From positions 20,805-84,804 of the forward strand of contig JALERU010000042.1 of the NCBI GenBank assembly GCA_022764045.1: a stretch of 64,000 nt of DNA. The letters run 5' to 3'. Source of the DNA: Clostridiales bacterium. GTDB taxonomy: Bacteria; Bacillota; Clostridia; Oscillospirales; Oscillospiraceae. Shown one piece after another: positions 18,643 through 28,249 of the stretch (position 1 is the stretch's first letter; the number at the start of each line of letters is the position of its first letter). The notes below the pieces were generated by a model. The model was not told the origin of the DNA, searched no databases, and saw nothing but the letters and a program-made list of their open reading frames with translations. The position numbers and the translations under genes were made by a program.

Positions 18643-19995
18643 TTATTCTGTGGTGCTCCAGCCGTCCAGGTCGGCGTGGAAGGAGGCTTTCAGCTCCTCC
18701 TGGGACAAGCCGCAGTCCCAGTCGCTGTCTAAAAATTCAGCGGTGTAAATGGTGGTGGAATCGGCGTAGAGAATAAACCGGTTCTCCTGGCGTGCCTGGC
18801 GGGTTCTGTCGCTGCCCACCAGGCAGCAGATCTCCAGGAAGGGGTCCGCTTTCTTCTCCGGGTCCTCCTCGTCCTCCACCCCACGGGCGAAGGTCACAGA
18901 GCGCACCCCCACGGTGGAGCTCTCCTGCCGGCACATGGAGAAGTCCCCTGTCCAGCTCTCAGGCAACTCCAGGTACCAGCCGTCGCCGCTGTGGTAGGTG
19001 GTCATCACCAGCTCCCGGGTTCCGTCGGACCGGTAGCCCATCCAGTGGAACCACCAGAACTGATCCGCCGAGCTCTCTCCGTAGGCCTTCACCGTCTGGG
19101 CCACGGGGATCTCCATGCGGCCGTCGCTGTCAATGTCCTCGGGCTGGACCCCGGCGTAGTAATGGAAGGAGGTCTCGCTCCTCCGGCTGTCGGGGACCAG
19201 GGTGAGGTTCTTCAGCTCCTGGTTGTCCTTCAGGCAAAACACATCGGTAATGAGTCGGTCCTTGCCGAAGTAAGAGGTGACAAACAGCCCGGGCACGTCG
19301 TCCGCCAGTTGGCCGCCGGTCCAGCTCTGGATGCCCGTGGCCCCCTCGGACAGGGGGGCCACGGAGGTCATCTCCATCCGCCCATCCCGGCCGTCATAAT
19401 ACTCAATGCGCAGTTGGGCGCCCAATCCGCTCTCGGCCTGGGCCAGGATGACCTCCTGCCGTCCGTCGTCGTCCAGATCCACCGTTAGGTAGCTGCTGTA
19501 GCCGCTGCGCATAATCTCCACCGGCTGGCCGTCGGCCAGGGTGTAGCCCACCAGGGAGTGGACCATAGTGCTGACCTGCCAACTGACCAGGATGTCGGTA
19601 CCGCCGGCGCCGCCCAGGTCCAAATATTCAATGGATTCAATCTCCGTCCCCACCCCTTCGATGCGGGTGTAGACCTGATATTCCCCGTGCTCATCCTGCC
19701 GGAAGAAGACGATCTTCAACGGAGCGTCTGAAGTGACGTCCCGAAAAAAGGCCACCGCCTCCTGGTTGCCGTCGCCGTCCACATCCACCAACTGGATGGT
19801 TTGGCGGTTCTCGCCGCTGAGGGGGGCGATGTACTCGGCGCTCCCCTTCTCTTGGTTTATTTTGGCCTGGAGGTTCACATAGGCCTCTGAGGACTTGGGC
19901 AGGGCATACATCTCGTCCACGCTGCCAAACACGCAGCCGCCCAATCCCAGCAGACAAAGCACCGTCACCAGGCAGCCCAGCACCCGCTTTCCCAT
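18643..19995 (-). CDS. Lipoprotein with FG-GAP/VCBS-like repeats
   Basis: Lipobox LGGC; repeated DxDGDG/DxDDDG motifs. Confidence 0.75.
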   Translation of the reverse strand: MGKRVLGCLVTVLCLLGLGGCVFGSVDEMYALPKSSEAYVNLQAKINQEKGSAEYIAPLSGENRQTIQLVDVDGDGNQEAVAFFRDVTSDAPLKIVFFRQDEHGEYQVYTRIEGVGTEIESIEYLDLGGAGGTDILVSWQVSTMVHSLVGYTLADGQPVEIMRSGYSSYLTVDLDDDGRQEVILAQAESGLGAQLRIEYYDGRDGRMEMTSVAPLSEGATGIQSWTGGQLADDVPGLFVTSYFGKDRLITDVFCLKDNQELKNLTLVPDSRRSETSFHYYAGVQPEDIDSDGRMEIPVAQTVKAYGESSADQFWWFHWMGYRSDGTRELVMTTYHSGDGWYLELPESWTGDFSMCRQESSTVGVRSVTFARGVEDEEDPEKKADPFLEICCLVGSDRTRQARQENRFILYADSTTIYTAEFLDSDWDCGLSQEELKASFHADLDGWSTTE

Positions 19996-20118
19996 GGGGG
20001 AACCCTCCTTTTCCCAGCCGCCCCACTGGACGGGCAGCAGATTCTTTCCAGTTTTTTATCATACCACATTCCCGCCGGATTTCCTATGATTTCTTTGAAA
20101 TTTAGGTGAAAAAAACGC

Positions 20119-20147
20119 TTGCCAAGGGCGGCTTCCTGTTGTATAAT
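20119..20147 (+). promoter_or_regulatory. Sigma-A promoter for tRNA-Leu
   Basis: TTGCCA-17-TATAAT. Confidence 0.7.
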
Positions 20148-20167
20148 CAGTGGAGCTTCTTCCCTTT

Positions 20168-20254
20168 GCCGGTGTGATGGAATTGGTAGACGTAGTGGAC
20201 TCAAAATCCACCGGTGGCGACACCGTACCGGTTCGAGTCCGGTCACCGGCACCA
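20168..20254 (+). tRNA. tRNA-Leu(CAA)
   Basis: Cloverleaf with long variable arm, anticodon loop CTCAAAA, GTTCGAGTC T-loop, encoded CCA. Confidence 0.95.
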
Positions 20255-20512
20255 GCTCAGAAATTCCTATCACCGCTCCGTTTCCGCCTTGCGGCGAAAA
20301 CTGCGCTCTGATAGGAATTTCTTCGCTTCCCCACGCGACCCGCTGCGCTGGGCTCGCGTGGGGGCCCCGTTTTTTTGGGGGGACCTTTGGGATTGTTTTT
20401 TGGGGCGCATAGGGGGAGCAGAAGCGACGTGTTAAAATAATTTGTCTGTGGTGCCATGACACAGTAGCTGAAAACCGCCGATTTTTATTCGGCGGTTCTT
20501 TTTTTATTCCTG

Positions 20513-20557
20513 TTGACAACTGTAAACGCTCGTGGTATGCTTTGGTTACAATAGTAA
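20513..20557 (+). promoter_or_regulatory. Promoter with BlaI/CopY-type operator sites
   Basis: TTGACA-17-TGgTATGCT; GACAacTGTA and TACAatAGTA each one mismatch from TACAnnTGTA. Confidence 0.65.
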
Positions 20558-20595
20558 ACAACCAACCAGATTTTTTAGAAAGGGGTGTGCGCGCC

Positions 20596-20997
20596 ATGGC
20601 GGAACACAACGTAAACCTCTCCCCCTCTGAGTGGCATGTGATGGAATTTCTCTGGACCCACGGCCCCGCCACCGGGCGGGAGGCCACCCAGCACCTGGAG
20701 GCCCGGATGGGCTGGAGCCGCAGCACCACCCTCACCCTCCTGCGCCGGCTGGAGGGGAAGGGGGCCGTCGCCAGCGACACGGCGCTGGGGCTGAAAACCT
20801 TCCGCCCCCTGGTGGCCCGGGAGGACGCTATTTTACAGGAAACCGAGGACTTTTTGGGCCGGGTCTACCAGGGCAGCCTGAGCCTGATGGTGAGCTCCCT
20901 GACCAAAAAGCAGGCCCTGCCCCAGGAAGAGATCGACGCTTTATATGCCCTGTTACAGGAATTGGAGGGAAAGCAACATGATGGAATGGATCATTAG
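20596..20997 (+). CDS. BlaI/MecI/CopY-family repressor
   Basis: LSPSEWHVMEFLW, WSRSTTLTLLRRLEGKG, SLSLMVSSL. Confidence 0.9.
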   Translation: MAEHNVNLSPSEWHVMEFLWTHGPATGREATQHLEARMGWSRSTTLTLLRRLEGKGAVASDTALGLKTFRPLVAREDAILQETEDFLGRVYQGSLSLMVSSLTKKQALPQEEIDALYALLQELEGKQHDGMDH

Positions 20998-22981
20998 TTC
21001 GTCCGTGCTCATCGCCGTGGTTATTCTGCTGCGTTATGCCCTGCGGGGAAAGTTGGACCTGCGGCTGCAATACGCCCTTTGGGCGGTGGTTCTGCTCCGG
21101 CTGCTGATCCCGGTGAGCTTTGGGCAGACTTCTTTCTCCGTGCTGAACGCCGCGCCGGCGGAGCATTTTACCACCACAACCGCCGGCGCCAACCTGGACC
21201 AGCCCGCCCCTCTGCCCGCTGGCAGCCAGGGCACAGAATTTGCTCCTCCCGAGACCGGAACCGCTCCCGTCCAAAGCACGTCGGACCCCGGAGCGCAAGG
21301 GGACACGCTGTTGGTCCAAGGGCTCCTGCTCCTCTGGCTGACGGGGGTTTCGGGGGTTGGCCTGTGCTTTGGCCTCTCCAACCTCTGTTTTGCCCGCAGC
21401 CTGGGGCGGTCCAGGAAGCCGGTGGACACCGGCGGGGAAGGGCTTTCCGTCTATGTCACCGACGCCGTTGATACCCCCTGCCTCTTCGGCCTCTTCCGCC
21501 CGGCCATCTATGTGACCCCAGCTGCCTTGGCCGATCCAGCCACTCTGGGCCACGTGCTGGCCCACGAGACCACCCACTTCCGCCACGGGGACCATCTGTG
21601 GGCCCTGCTGCGGGGGATCTGCGTGGCCCTGCACTGGTATAATCCCCTGGTGTGGTGGGCCGCCGTCCTCTCCCGCCGGGATGGGGAGACCGCCTGCGAC
21701 GAGGACACCATCCGCTCTTTGGGAGAGGAGGAACGGGGGTCTTACGGCCGGACCCTTCTGCGCATGACCTGTCAAAGGCCCTCCGGCCTGCTCACCACCG
21801 CCACCACCATGAGCGGCAGCGCCCGGACCCTCCGGGAGCGGATCACCCTCATTGCGAAAAAGCCCAACATGCGGGCCTGCACGGTGGTTCTCCTGGCAGC
21901 CGTCCTCCTGGTGGCGGCGGGCTGTACCTTCACCGGCAAGGCCGCCAGCCAGGACATCCCCATTCAGCACACCCTCACCGCCGGCCAGGAGATCCCCCAG
22001 GCGGCCATCGACGCCGCTGACCGCCTGATCACCCAGCGGATCACGGACTACAACAAGGGCTGGAAAGACGCAGCCCCCGGCTGCTCCGTAGCCGAGGCCA
22101 AGCTCACTGGCCTGATCCCCATCCCCACGGGCGTGGCCGCGCTGGAGGACGGCATGGAGCTATTCCGCGTGGAATACCGCCTGCGGGTGAAGGGGGACAT
22201 TGCCCGCGCCGCTGGAGACAGCATAAAATATGAGACCATCGACGGGGAACACTGGCTCACCGAAGAGGGCCTCGGCGGAACCCCCTACCTCTGCCTCTAT
22301 TGGCAGGATCAGAACGGCACCACCACCTGGGAAGACGCCGGTGCCGTCCACGAGATCTCCCTGAGCCAGTACAACACCTCCGAGCTTTTGGAACAATACG
22401 GCAGCAAATACACCGCCTACGCGGCAGAGCGGTACAACGCCTACCGCAGCGAGAAGGCCGGCCGGGAAGAGATCTCCGTTTTCCTGGCCCTGTCTCCCAC
22501 AGACGACGCCCCCAACCAGGTGCTGGGCTATGCGCAGGCTGTGGTCTCCCGGCAGGCCAAGGCCTATCAGCAGGCCTGGCAGGAGATCGGGTCTGACTGC
22601 ACCATCACCGAGGCAAAGATCACCGGCATGACCCAGATCCCCACCGGCGTTGCGGACCTGAACGGCGGGCTGGCATTGTACCGCCTGGAATACCGCCTGC
22701 GGGTGGAGGGCAACATCGAGGAGGTCCTGGCCGGTGGGGCCAGCTACGAGACCATCGACGGGGCCAACTGGCTGACCGAATGGACCAGCGCCGGGCAGCC
22801 CTACCTCCTGTTCCACTATCAGGATGCGGAGCAGGAGGGCGACTGGCAGCCCATCTGCGTCACCAACGACGATGCTTTTACCCAGTTTACCACTGACGAG
22901 GCCATCTCCCTCTACGGGGACATATACACCGCCGCCGCTGCGGGGCTATACGCCCAATATCTCCAAAAAACTGCGCAGTAA
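20978..22981 (+). CDS. M56 (BlaR1/MecR1-type) membrane metallopeptidase with duplicated C-terminal domain
   Basis: LWAVVLLRLLIP, TPCLFGLFRPAIY, HETTH zinc motif, ETACDE, LRERI; C-terminal tandem repeat. Confidence 0.9.
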   Translation: MMEWIISSSVLIAVVILLRYALRGKLDLRLQYALWAVVLLRLLIPVSFGQTSFSVLNAAPAEHFTTTTAGANLDQPAPLPAGSQGTEFAPPETGTAPVQSTSDPGAQGDTLLVQGLLLLWLTGVSGVGLCFGLSNLCFARSLGRSRKPVDTGGEGLSVYVTDAVDTPCLFGLFRPAIYVTPAALADPATLGHVLAHETTHFRHGDHLWALLRGICVALHWYNPLVWWAAVLSRRDGETACDEDTIRSLGEEERGSYGRTLLRMTCQRPSGLLTTATTMSGSARTLRERITLIAKKPNMRACTVVLLAAVLLVAAGCTFTGKAASQDIPIQHTLTAGQEIPQAAIDAADRLITQRITDYNKGWKDAAPGCSVAEAKLTGLIPIPTGVAALEDGMELFRVEYRLRVKGDIARAAGDSIKYETIDGEHWLTEEGLGGTPYLCLYWQDQNGTTTWEDAGAVHEISLSQYNTSELLEQYGSKYTAYAAERYNAYRSEKAGREEISVFLALSPTDDAPNQVLGYAQAVVSRQAKAYQQAWQEIGSDCTITEAKITGMTQIPTGVADLNGGLALYRLEYRLRVEGNIEEVLAGGASYETIDGANWLTEWTSAGQPYLLFHYQDAEQEGDWQPICVTNDDAFTQFTTDEAISLYGDIYTAAAAGLYAQYLQKTAQ

Positions 22982-23002
22982 CCTTCCCTTCCAAGGTAAA
23001 AT

Positions 23003-23200
23003 TGATTTGATCTCCAACTGTCCCCTGGACAGTTGGACTCCCAGGGGAAGGCATTGGCATGCCCTGTACGCCCATTTAGAAAAATGCCGCAACATATACC
23101 TCAACGTATCGAAGAAGCGTAGGCTTCCCCTTGGGGGGAAGCTGGCACCGAAGGTGACTGATGAGGGGGCGATACGGAAGATCGGCGGGTAGAAGAATAC
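23003..23200. repeat. REP-like unit, variant copy
   Basis: ccaactgtcc/ggacagttgg hairpin + ggggaaggc, then ggcttcccc...gcaccgaaggtgactgatgaggggg. Confidence 0.8.
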
Positions 23201-23403
23201 CGTCCTTCAAAACCCGTAGGAGAGGTTCAAAAGAATATTCGTCTCTTCAGAACACAATCGCTGCGCTTACGAAGTTTTCCAACCAAGACACTTTCTGGGA
23301 CGGTTGTTGATCAGGTTTTGACCAAGTAGTACTCGTTCCTCTACCAAGCGTAGATTGCTTTTCCCCTTCCTTTCCGGTATGATAGAGGACGAGGTGAAAC
23401 ACA

Positions 23404-23748
23404 ATGGAACAACAGCGAAAAAAAGAATTGCAAGCCGCCTACAAAGCCCGCAAGCCGGAGATGGGCGTCATCTGTTTCCGGTGGGAGGCCACGGGAGAGT
23501 CCTTCCTGGGCGCCTCCCAAGACACCCAAAAAGACTACAACAGCAACCAGTTCAAGCTCTCCATGGGAGGCCACCCCAACCGGCGGATGCAGGCCCTGTG
23601 GAACCAATACGGCCCCGAGGCCATGACCTTCTCCGTGTTGGAAACCCTCTCCTACGAGGACCCCCAGGAGGATCACAGCGAAGAGCTAGAACTGCTACGG
23701 GAGATCTGGTTGGAAAAAGATCCCCAGGCAAAAAAGATCTGGCGCTAA
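23404..23748 (+). CDS. Small GIY-YIG-like nuclease family protein
   Basis: RKKEL...YK...MGVICF...GESFLG...H-NRRMQALWNQYG...FSVLE pattern. Confidence 0.7.
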   Translation: MEQQRKKELQAAYKARKPEMGVICFRWEATGESFLGASQDTQKDYNSNQFKLSMGGHPNRRMQALWNQYGPEAMTFSVLETLSYEDPQEDHSEELELLREIWLEKDPQAKKIWR

Positions 23749-23784
23749 CCGCCGCCCGTGCCCTTTGGCCGGGCGGCTTTTTTC
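23748..23784 (+). terminator. Intrinsic terminator
   Basis: gccgcccg / cgggcggc stem followed by a T run. Confidence 0.7.
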
Positions 23785-23909
23785 GTTTCTATCTTCCAAA
23801 ATCTGACTTTTCTGTAAAACAAGAAGAAATTGTTATAAATATCCCTTGACATAATTACGTTCTCCTGCTAATCTAATATTATACATTACCTATTAAGGAG
23901 GCAAAAATT

Positions 23910-24788
23910 ATGTCTTTTGCCATCGTGACAGATTCCCTGGCGGGCCTGCCCCTGAACCTGATCGCCCAAAAGGGCCTGGTGGTCATCCCCCTTTCCTATT
24001 ACGTCAACGGCACAGAGCACACCTGTCTGGCCCCGGAGGGCTGCGATATGGTGGGATTTTATCAGGCCATGAAGCAGAAGGCAGAGGTCTCCACCTCCAT
24101 GATCCCCCCCCAGCGGTTTACAGAGTCCCTGTCTCCCCTGCTCTCCTCGGGGTTCGACGTTCTCTTCATCAGCGCCTCTTCGGGCATCAGCTCCTCCTAT
24201 CAGTCGGCCTGCATCGCCGCCCAGCAACTGATGGAGACCTACCCCGGCCGACAGATCCGGGTGGTAGACTCCCTCTCCTCCACCCTGGGGGAGGGCATCC
24301 TGGTGCTGCGGGCCTTCGGCATGCGGGAGAAGGGCATGAGCCTGGACGAAACCGCCGACGCAGTCCTCTCCCTCCGCCCCCACATCGCCCACTACTTTAC
24401 CGTGGACGATCTCTTTTACATCCGCCGGGGAGGCCGGATCTCCGGGGCCACCGCCCTGCTTGGCACCATGCTCCACATCAAGCCCATGTGCAAGGGCGAC
24501 GAGCACGGCCACATCGTGGCCAACGGCAAGGTGCGGGGCCGGGCCCAGTCCATCAAGGCCCTGGCAGAGAAATATGACCGGCTTGTCCGCTACCCCGGCG
24601 ACCAGACCGTTTTCATCGCCCACGGCAACTGCCCCCAGGACGCCGAGACCCTAGCCGAACTGGTCCGCCGGACCAATCCCCCCAAGGAGCTCATCGTTCT
24701 CCCCTTCGACCCCACCAACGGCAGCCACGCCGGCCCCGGCTCCCTGGGCATCTTTTTTGAGGGAGATGAGGACGCCCGCCTTTATTGA
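23910..24788 (+). CDS. DegV family fatty-acid-binding protein
   Basis: IVTDS, STSM, SSGISSSY, VVDS, GGRIS, SHAGPG; TTGACA promoter at 23846. Confidence 0.92.
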   Translation: MSFAIVTDSLAGLPLNLIAQKGLVVIPLSYYVNGTEHTCLAPEGCDMVGFYQAMKQKAEVSTSMIPPQRFTESLSPLLSSGFDVLFISASSGISSSYQSACIAAQQLMETYPGRQIRVVDSLSSTLGEGILVLRAFGMREKGMSLDETADAVLSLRPHIAHYFTVDDLFYIRRGGRISGATALLGTMLHIKPMCKGDEHGHIVANGKVRGRAQSIKALAEKYDRLVRYPGDQTVFIAHGNCPQDAETLAELVRRTNPPKELIVLPFDPTNGSHAGPGSLGIFFEGDEDARLY

Positions 24789-24886
24789 CCCTTGTCTCAG
24801 CGGACACTTCGTGCTAAAATACCACAAGAACAAAAAATAGCGCAGAGCGCTATTTTTTGTTGCGGTAATTGCGAGGTGACCTTATC

Positions 24887-25375
24887 ATGTCCCGTCCTAT
24901 CAACCCCCAACACATCCAGGCGCTTATGGATCTGCTCAACCACGCCCCTTACTTCTCCCTGCTGGGGATGGAGTTTCAGGCCATGGAGCCGGGATATTGC
25001 CGCTTAGCCCTCCCCCTGTCTTACCCCCGCCACGGCAACGCCTTTGGCAGCATCCACGGAGGGGTCTATTCCTCTCTGATCGACACCGTGGCCTACTGGG
25101 CCGCCTACTGTCAAATGGAGGAGACCCAGGGCTACACCTCGCTGGACCTCTCAGTGACCAACCTGGGCATGGTCCAGTCCGGGTGGATCATCGCGGAAGG
25201 ACGGGTCCTGCGGTCCGGCCGCTCCATTTGTCTGGCCGAAGCCACAGTGAAAACAGGGGCAGGCAAGCTCCTGGCCCACGGCACCTCCAAGCTGATGCTT
25301 CTGGAGGGAAAGCAATCTCTCCGGACCTTGTTGGCCGCAGAGGGCGTCCCACCTCTGCCCCCCAAATTTCTCTGA
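24887..25375 (+). CDS. PaaI-family (hotdog) thioesterase
   Basis: NAFGSIHGGVYSSLIDT motif. Confidence 0.9.
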   Translation: MSRPINPQHIQALMDLLNHAPYFSLLGMEFQAMEPGYCRLALPLSYPRHGNAFGSIHGGVYSSLIDTVAYWAAYCQMEETQGYTSLDLSVTNLGMVQSGWIIAEGRVLRSGRSICLAEATVKTGAGKLLAHGTSKLMLLEGKQSLRTLLAAEGVPPLPPKFL

Positions 25376-25410
25376 CCCCATGAACCCATTGCAGAAAGAG
25401 GCGTATTACA

Positions 25411-25914
25411 ATGCACGACGAACTGACCCAAGTGGACATCGACAAAATGAAAGAGGAGCTCCAGCACCGCATCCACGTCCTGCGGCCCCAGCTCATTGAA
25501 GAGGTCAAGGTGGCCCGGTCCTTTGGCGACCTCAGCGAGAACTTTGAATACAAGGCCGCCAAGCGGGAGAAAAACCGCAACGACAGCCGCATCCGTTACC
25601 TGGAGAATATGATAAAAACCGCCGTGGTCATCGACGGCACCTCCACAGGAGAGGGCATCGCCCTGTTCGACAAAGTCACCTTCTATCTGGAGGACGACGA
25701 CCTGGAGGAGACCATCCAGTTGGTGACTACCCTCCGTCAGGACGCCCTGAAGGGGCTCATCAGCAAGGAGTCCCCTGTGGGGAAAGCCCTGCTGGGCCAC
25801 AAGGTGGGCGACCGGGTGCGGATTCAGGTCAACGACGTCTATTCCTACTACGTTCAAATCCGCAAGGTGGAGAAAACCGGAGAAGACCCGGACATCCCCA
25901 TTAGCACCTTTTAA
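25411..25914 (+). CDS. greA: Transcription elongation factor, GreA family
   Basis: ARSFGDLSENFEY, ISKESPVGKALLG. Confidence 0.88.
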   Translation: MHDELTQVDIDKMKEELQHRIHVLRPQLIEEVKVARSFGDLSENFEYKAAKREKNRNDSRIRYLENMIKTAVVIDGTSTGEGIALFDKVTFYLEDDDLEETIQLVTTLRQDALKGLISKESPVGKALLGHKVGDRVRIQVNDVYSYYVQIRKVEKTGEDPDIPISTF

Positions 25915-25924
25915 TGTTTCTCAC

Positions 25925-25970
25925 CCAGGCCCCGGCGAAAGGCTTCGCCGGGGCCTGGGTGTCTTTTTGC
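25925..25970 (+). terminator. Terminator hairpin
   Basis: cccaggccccggcgaa / ttcgccggggcctggg perfect stem. Confidence 0.7.
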
Positions 25971-26133
25971 AGTCTTTCCTTCACAATTTGCAAGAATCCT
26001 TTTTCGTCTTGCAAGTTTTCTCTTATATTTTTCTATTTTATTCGTAATTTTCTCTATTTCAAAGAAATATCGCACTTTTCCCTCTTGATTTCGCAAGCCA
26101 AAAGGTTTATACTTTCATCAAGAGGTGTTATTT

Positions 26134-26652
26134 ATGATCTTCCAGGACAACATTTGCACAACCTACTCCTGCGCCGTTCCCCTGGAACAGCGGCAGGTTC
26201 CTTCTTTTCACGACTATTCTTCCGCCGAATCCTACCTCACTTTCCTGAAGGGACAGATTCGGGCCCAGCTCCAGGCAAACCCCGCAGGCTGCCACCATGC
26301 CACAGGACACACCACCCTGGAGGGCGGCTCCGAGGACGAGGCCAAGCGGGACCCATCCTCTTGTCTCCTGCTCATCGACGGCGTCTATCCCGAGCTGGCC
26401 GACCCCGGCTTTGTCCGGCAGTATCTGGGGATTCTGGTGACCAAAAAGGGTTACGTTTTCCTCCACGACCTTCAGGAACTGGCGTCCAAGGAGGGCATCA
26501 GCCTCTCCTTCTCCCTGGAGTATCAGAATCAGCTCCTTCCCTTGCCCCTGGACCCCCAAACCCTCCAGCGCAGATTTTTGATTCTCCACAACCCCACCCC
26601 AGGCGAATTGATCCCCAAGGTGCGGATTTCCTATGATTACCAGGTGGCCTGA
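26134..26652 (+). CDS. Hypothetical protein, tandem paralog A
   Basis: GAGGTG RBS; aligns along its length with paralog B (LLIDG...TKKGYVFLHDLQELA...EGISLS). Confidence 0.75.
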   Translation: MIFQDNICTTYSCAVPLEQRQVPSFHDYSSAESYLTFLKGQIRAQLQANPAGCHHATGHTTLEGGSEDEAKRDPSSCLLLIDGVYPELADPGFVRQYLGILVTKKGYVFLHDLQELASKEGISLSFSLEYQNQLLPLPLDPQTLQRRFLILHNPTPGELIPKVRISYDYQVA

Positions 26653-26912
26653 GTCACCTCCTTCCTTTCCAATGCTCCGCATTCTCTTCTTATTGTGTCC
26701 TGTCCCGTTTGCTTCCTCTGACGGGACGAAGTGGTCCCCCAGACGTTGTTCGTCTGGGGGACCGCTTTCTCTTTGTGTTCCGCGTTTTCTTTTCTCTTGC
26801 AAGTGTTCCCGCCATTTTTCCGAATTTCGCCAGGATTTCCCCAGAAAAATGGTGGTTTTTCCCCTTGATTTTGCAAGTTATATGGTGTATTCTTTCATCA
26901 GAGGTGATGATT

Positions 26913-27425
26913 ATGAGTTTCCAAGATGAAATGCGCACCGCCTATCGCATGTCCCACTCCCCCGCCGCCTTAGAGGCGCGCCAGATGCCTGTCGACCATA
27001 ATTATGAGGCTGCCGGCCAGTATTTGGATGGGTTAAAGCGTCAGATCCGCCGCCAGCTTCGGAACAATCCTCCCAACCGCTTCACCGCCCAGGGCTCGGT
27101 TCTTCTGGCCGGGGAGCAGGCCCCCAGGGGCTATGAACACCCCTCTGACTTTTTGCTGCTGGATGGAATCTCCTCCCCCTCTCTCTTCCGGCAGAGCCTG
27201 TCAGTTTATCTAACCAAAAAAGGCTACGTCTTCCTCCGGGATCTTCAGGAATTGGCCGGCCAGGAAGGCATCTCCCTTTCCTACGCCCTGGACTACCAAG
27301 GCCGCCAGTATCCCCTTTCCCTGGATGCCGGTTCTCTACAGACCCGGCACGTCCTCTACCACACCAACCGGCTCACAGAGGTCCGGCCCAAGATCCGCCT
27401 CTTCTATGCCTTTCGGGTGTCTTGA
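26913..27425 (+). CDS. Hypothetical protein, tandem paralog B
   Basis: GAGGTG RBS; LLLDG...TKKGYVFLRDLQELAGQEGISLS. Confidence 0.75.
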   Translation: MSFQDEMRTAYRMSHSPAALEARQMPVDHNYEAAGQYLDGLKRQIRRQLRNNPPNRFTAQGSVLLAGEQAPRGYEHPSDFLLLDGISSPSLFRQSLSVYLTKKGYVFLRDLQELAGQEGISLSYALDYQGRQYPLSLDAGSLQTRHVLYHTNRLTEVRPKIRLFYAFRVS

Positions 27426-27553
27426 CCTCGCTTTCCTCGTCTTACCTTCTTGATAAAACCCTTTCTTGTGTCCTTGTCCTTTCAGCCTCCCTGTAGGGCA
27501 GAGAGAACCCCTCCAGACCAGATTTGGCCTGGAGGGGTTCTCTTTTTTCTGGA

Positions 27554-28249
27554 TCATCCCCGAAACCGATATCCCACGCCCCAGACGGTTTCGATGTACT
27601 GGGTGTGGTCTGGATTGAGCTCAATTTTATCCCGGATGTGCTTGATATGGACGGTAACGGTGGAGACGTCGCCGTAGGCATCCACCCCCCACACGCTGTC
27701 AAAGAGGCGGTCCTTGGAGAAGACAGTGTCCGGATGCTCAGCCAGGAAGAGGAGGAGGTCGTACTCCTTGCTGGTCATGCTGGTCTCCTTTTCGTTCACC
27801 CACACCCGGCGGCTCTCCCGGTCGATTTCCAGGCCGCGGATCTTCAAAATCTCCGGCCGGGGCTTTTCCCGGCTGCCCACCAGGCGCTCATACCGCTGGA
27901 TATGCCCCTTGACCCGGGCCACCAGCTCGCTGGGGGAGAAGGGCTTGGTCATATAGTCGTCGGCCCCCAGACCCAGGCCCCGGACCTTGTCGATGTCGTC
28001 AGCCAGGGCGGAGATGATGATGACGGGGGTGTCCTTCTCCTCCCGCAGCCGGCAGCAGATCTCAAAGCCGCTCAGGCCCGGCAGCATCACATCCACGATC
28101 ACCAGGGCGTAGTCCCCCGCCAGGGCCGCCTGGAGGCCCTGGGTGCCGTTGCTGTACAGGTCGCACTGAAAGCCGCCGTTGATTTCCAGGTAATCCCGCT
28201 CCAGCTCGGCCACGCTCTGGTCGTCTTCAATAATCAGAATTTTCATCAC
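27554..28249 (-). CDS. OmpR-family response regulator
   Basis: IVDVMLP, ADDYMTKPF, VTVHIKHIRDKIE, TVWGVGY. Confidence 0.95.
   Translation of the reverse strand: MMKILIIEDDQSVAELERDYLEINGGFQCDLYSNGTQGLQAALAGDYALVIVDVMLPGLSGFEICCRLREEKDTPVIIISALADDIDKVRGLGLGADDYMTKPFSPSELVARVKGHIQRYERLVGSREKPRPEILKIRGLEIDRESRRVWVNEKETSMTSKEYDLLLFLAEHPDTVFSKDRLFDSVWGVDAYGDVSTVTVHIKHIRDKIELNPDHTQYIETVWGVGYRFRG

Noticed and set aside
20168-23200. Integrated element at tRNA-Leu (and at tRNA-Thr/Tyr)
   Set aside because: No integrase and no duplicated tRNA 3' end found by eye.
23404-23748. GIY-YIG protein as the mobiliser of the adjacent REP-like unit
   Set aside because: About 200 bp away, not flanked on both sides, and the other repeat loci have no such gene; proximity alone is insufficient.
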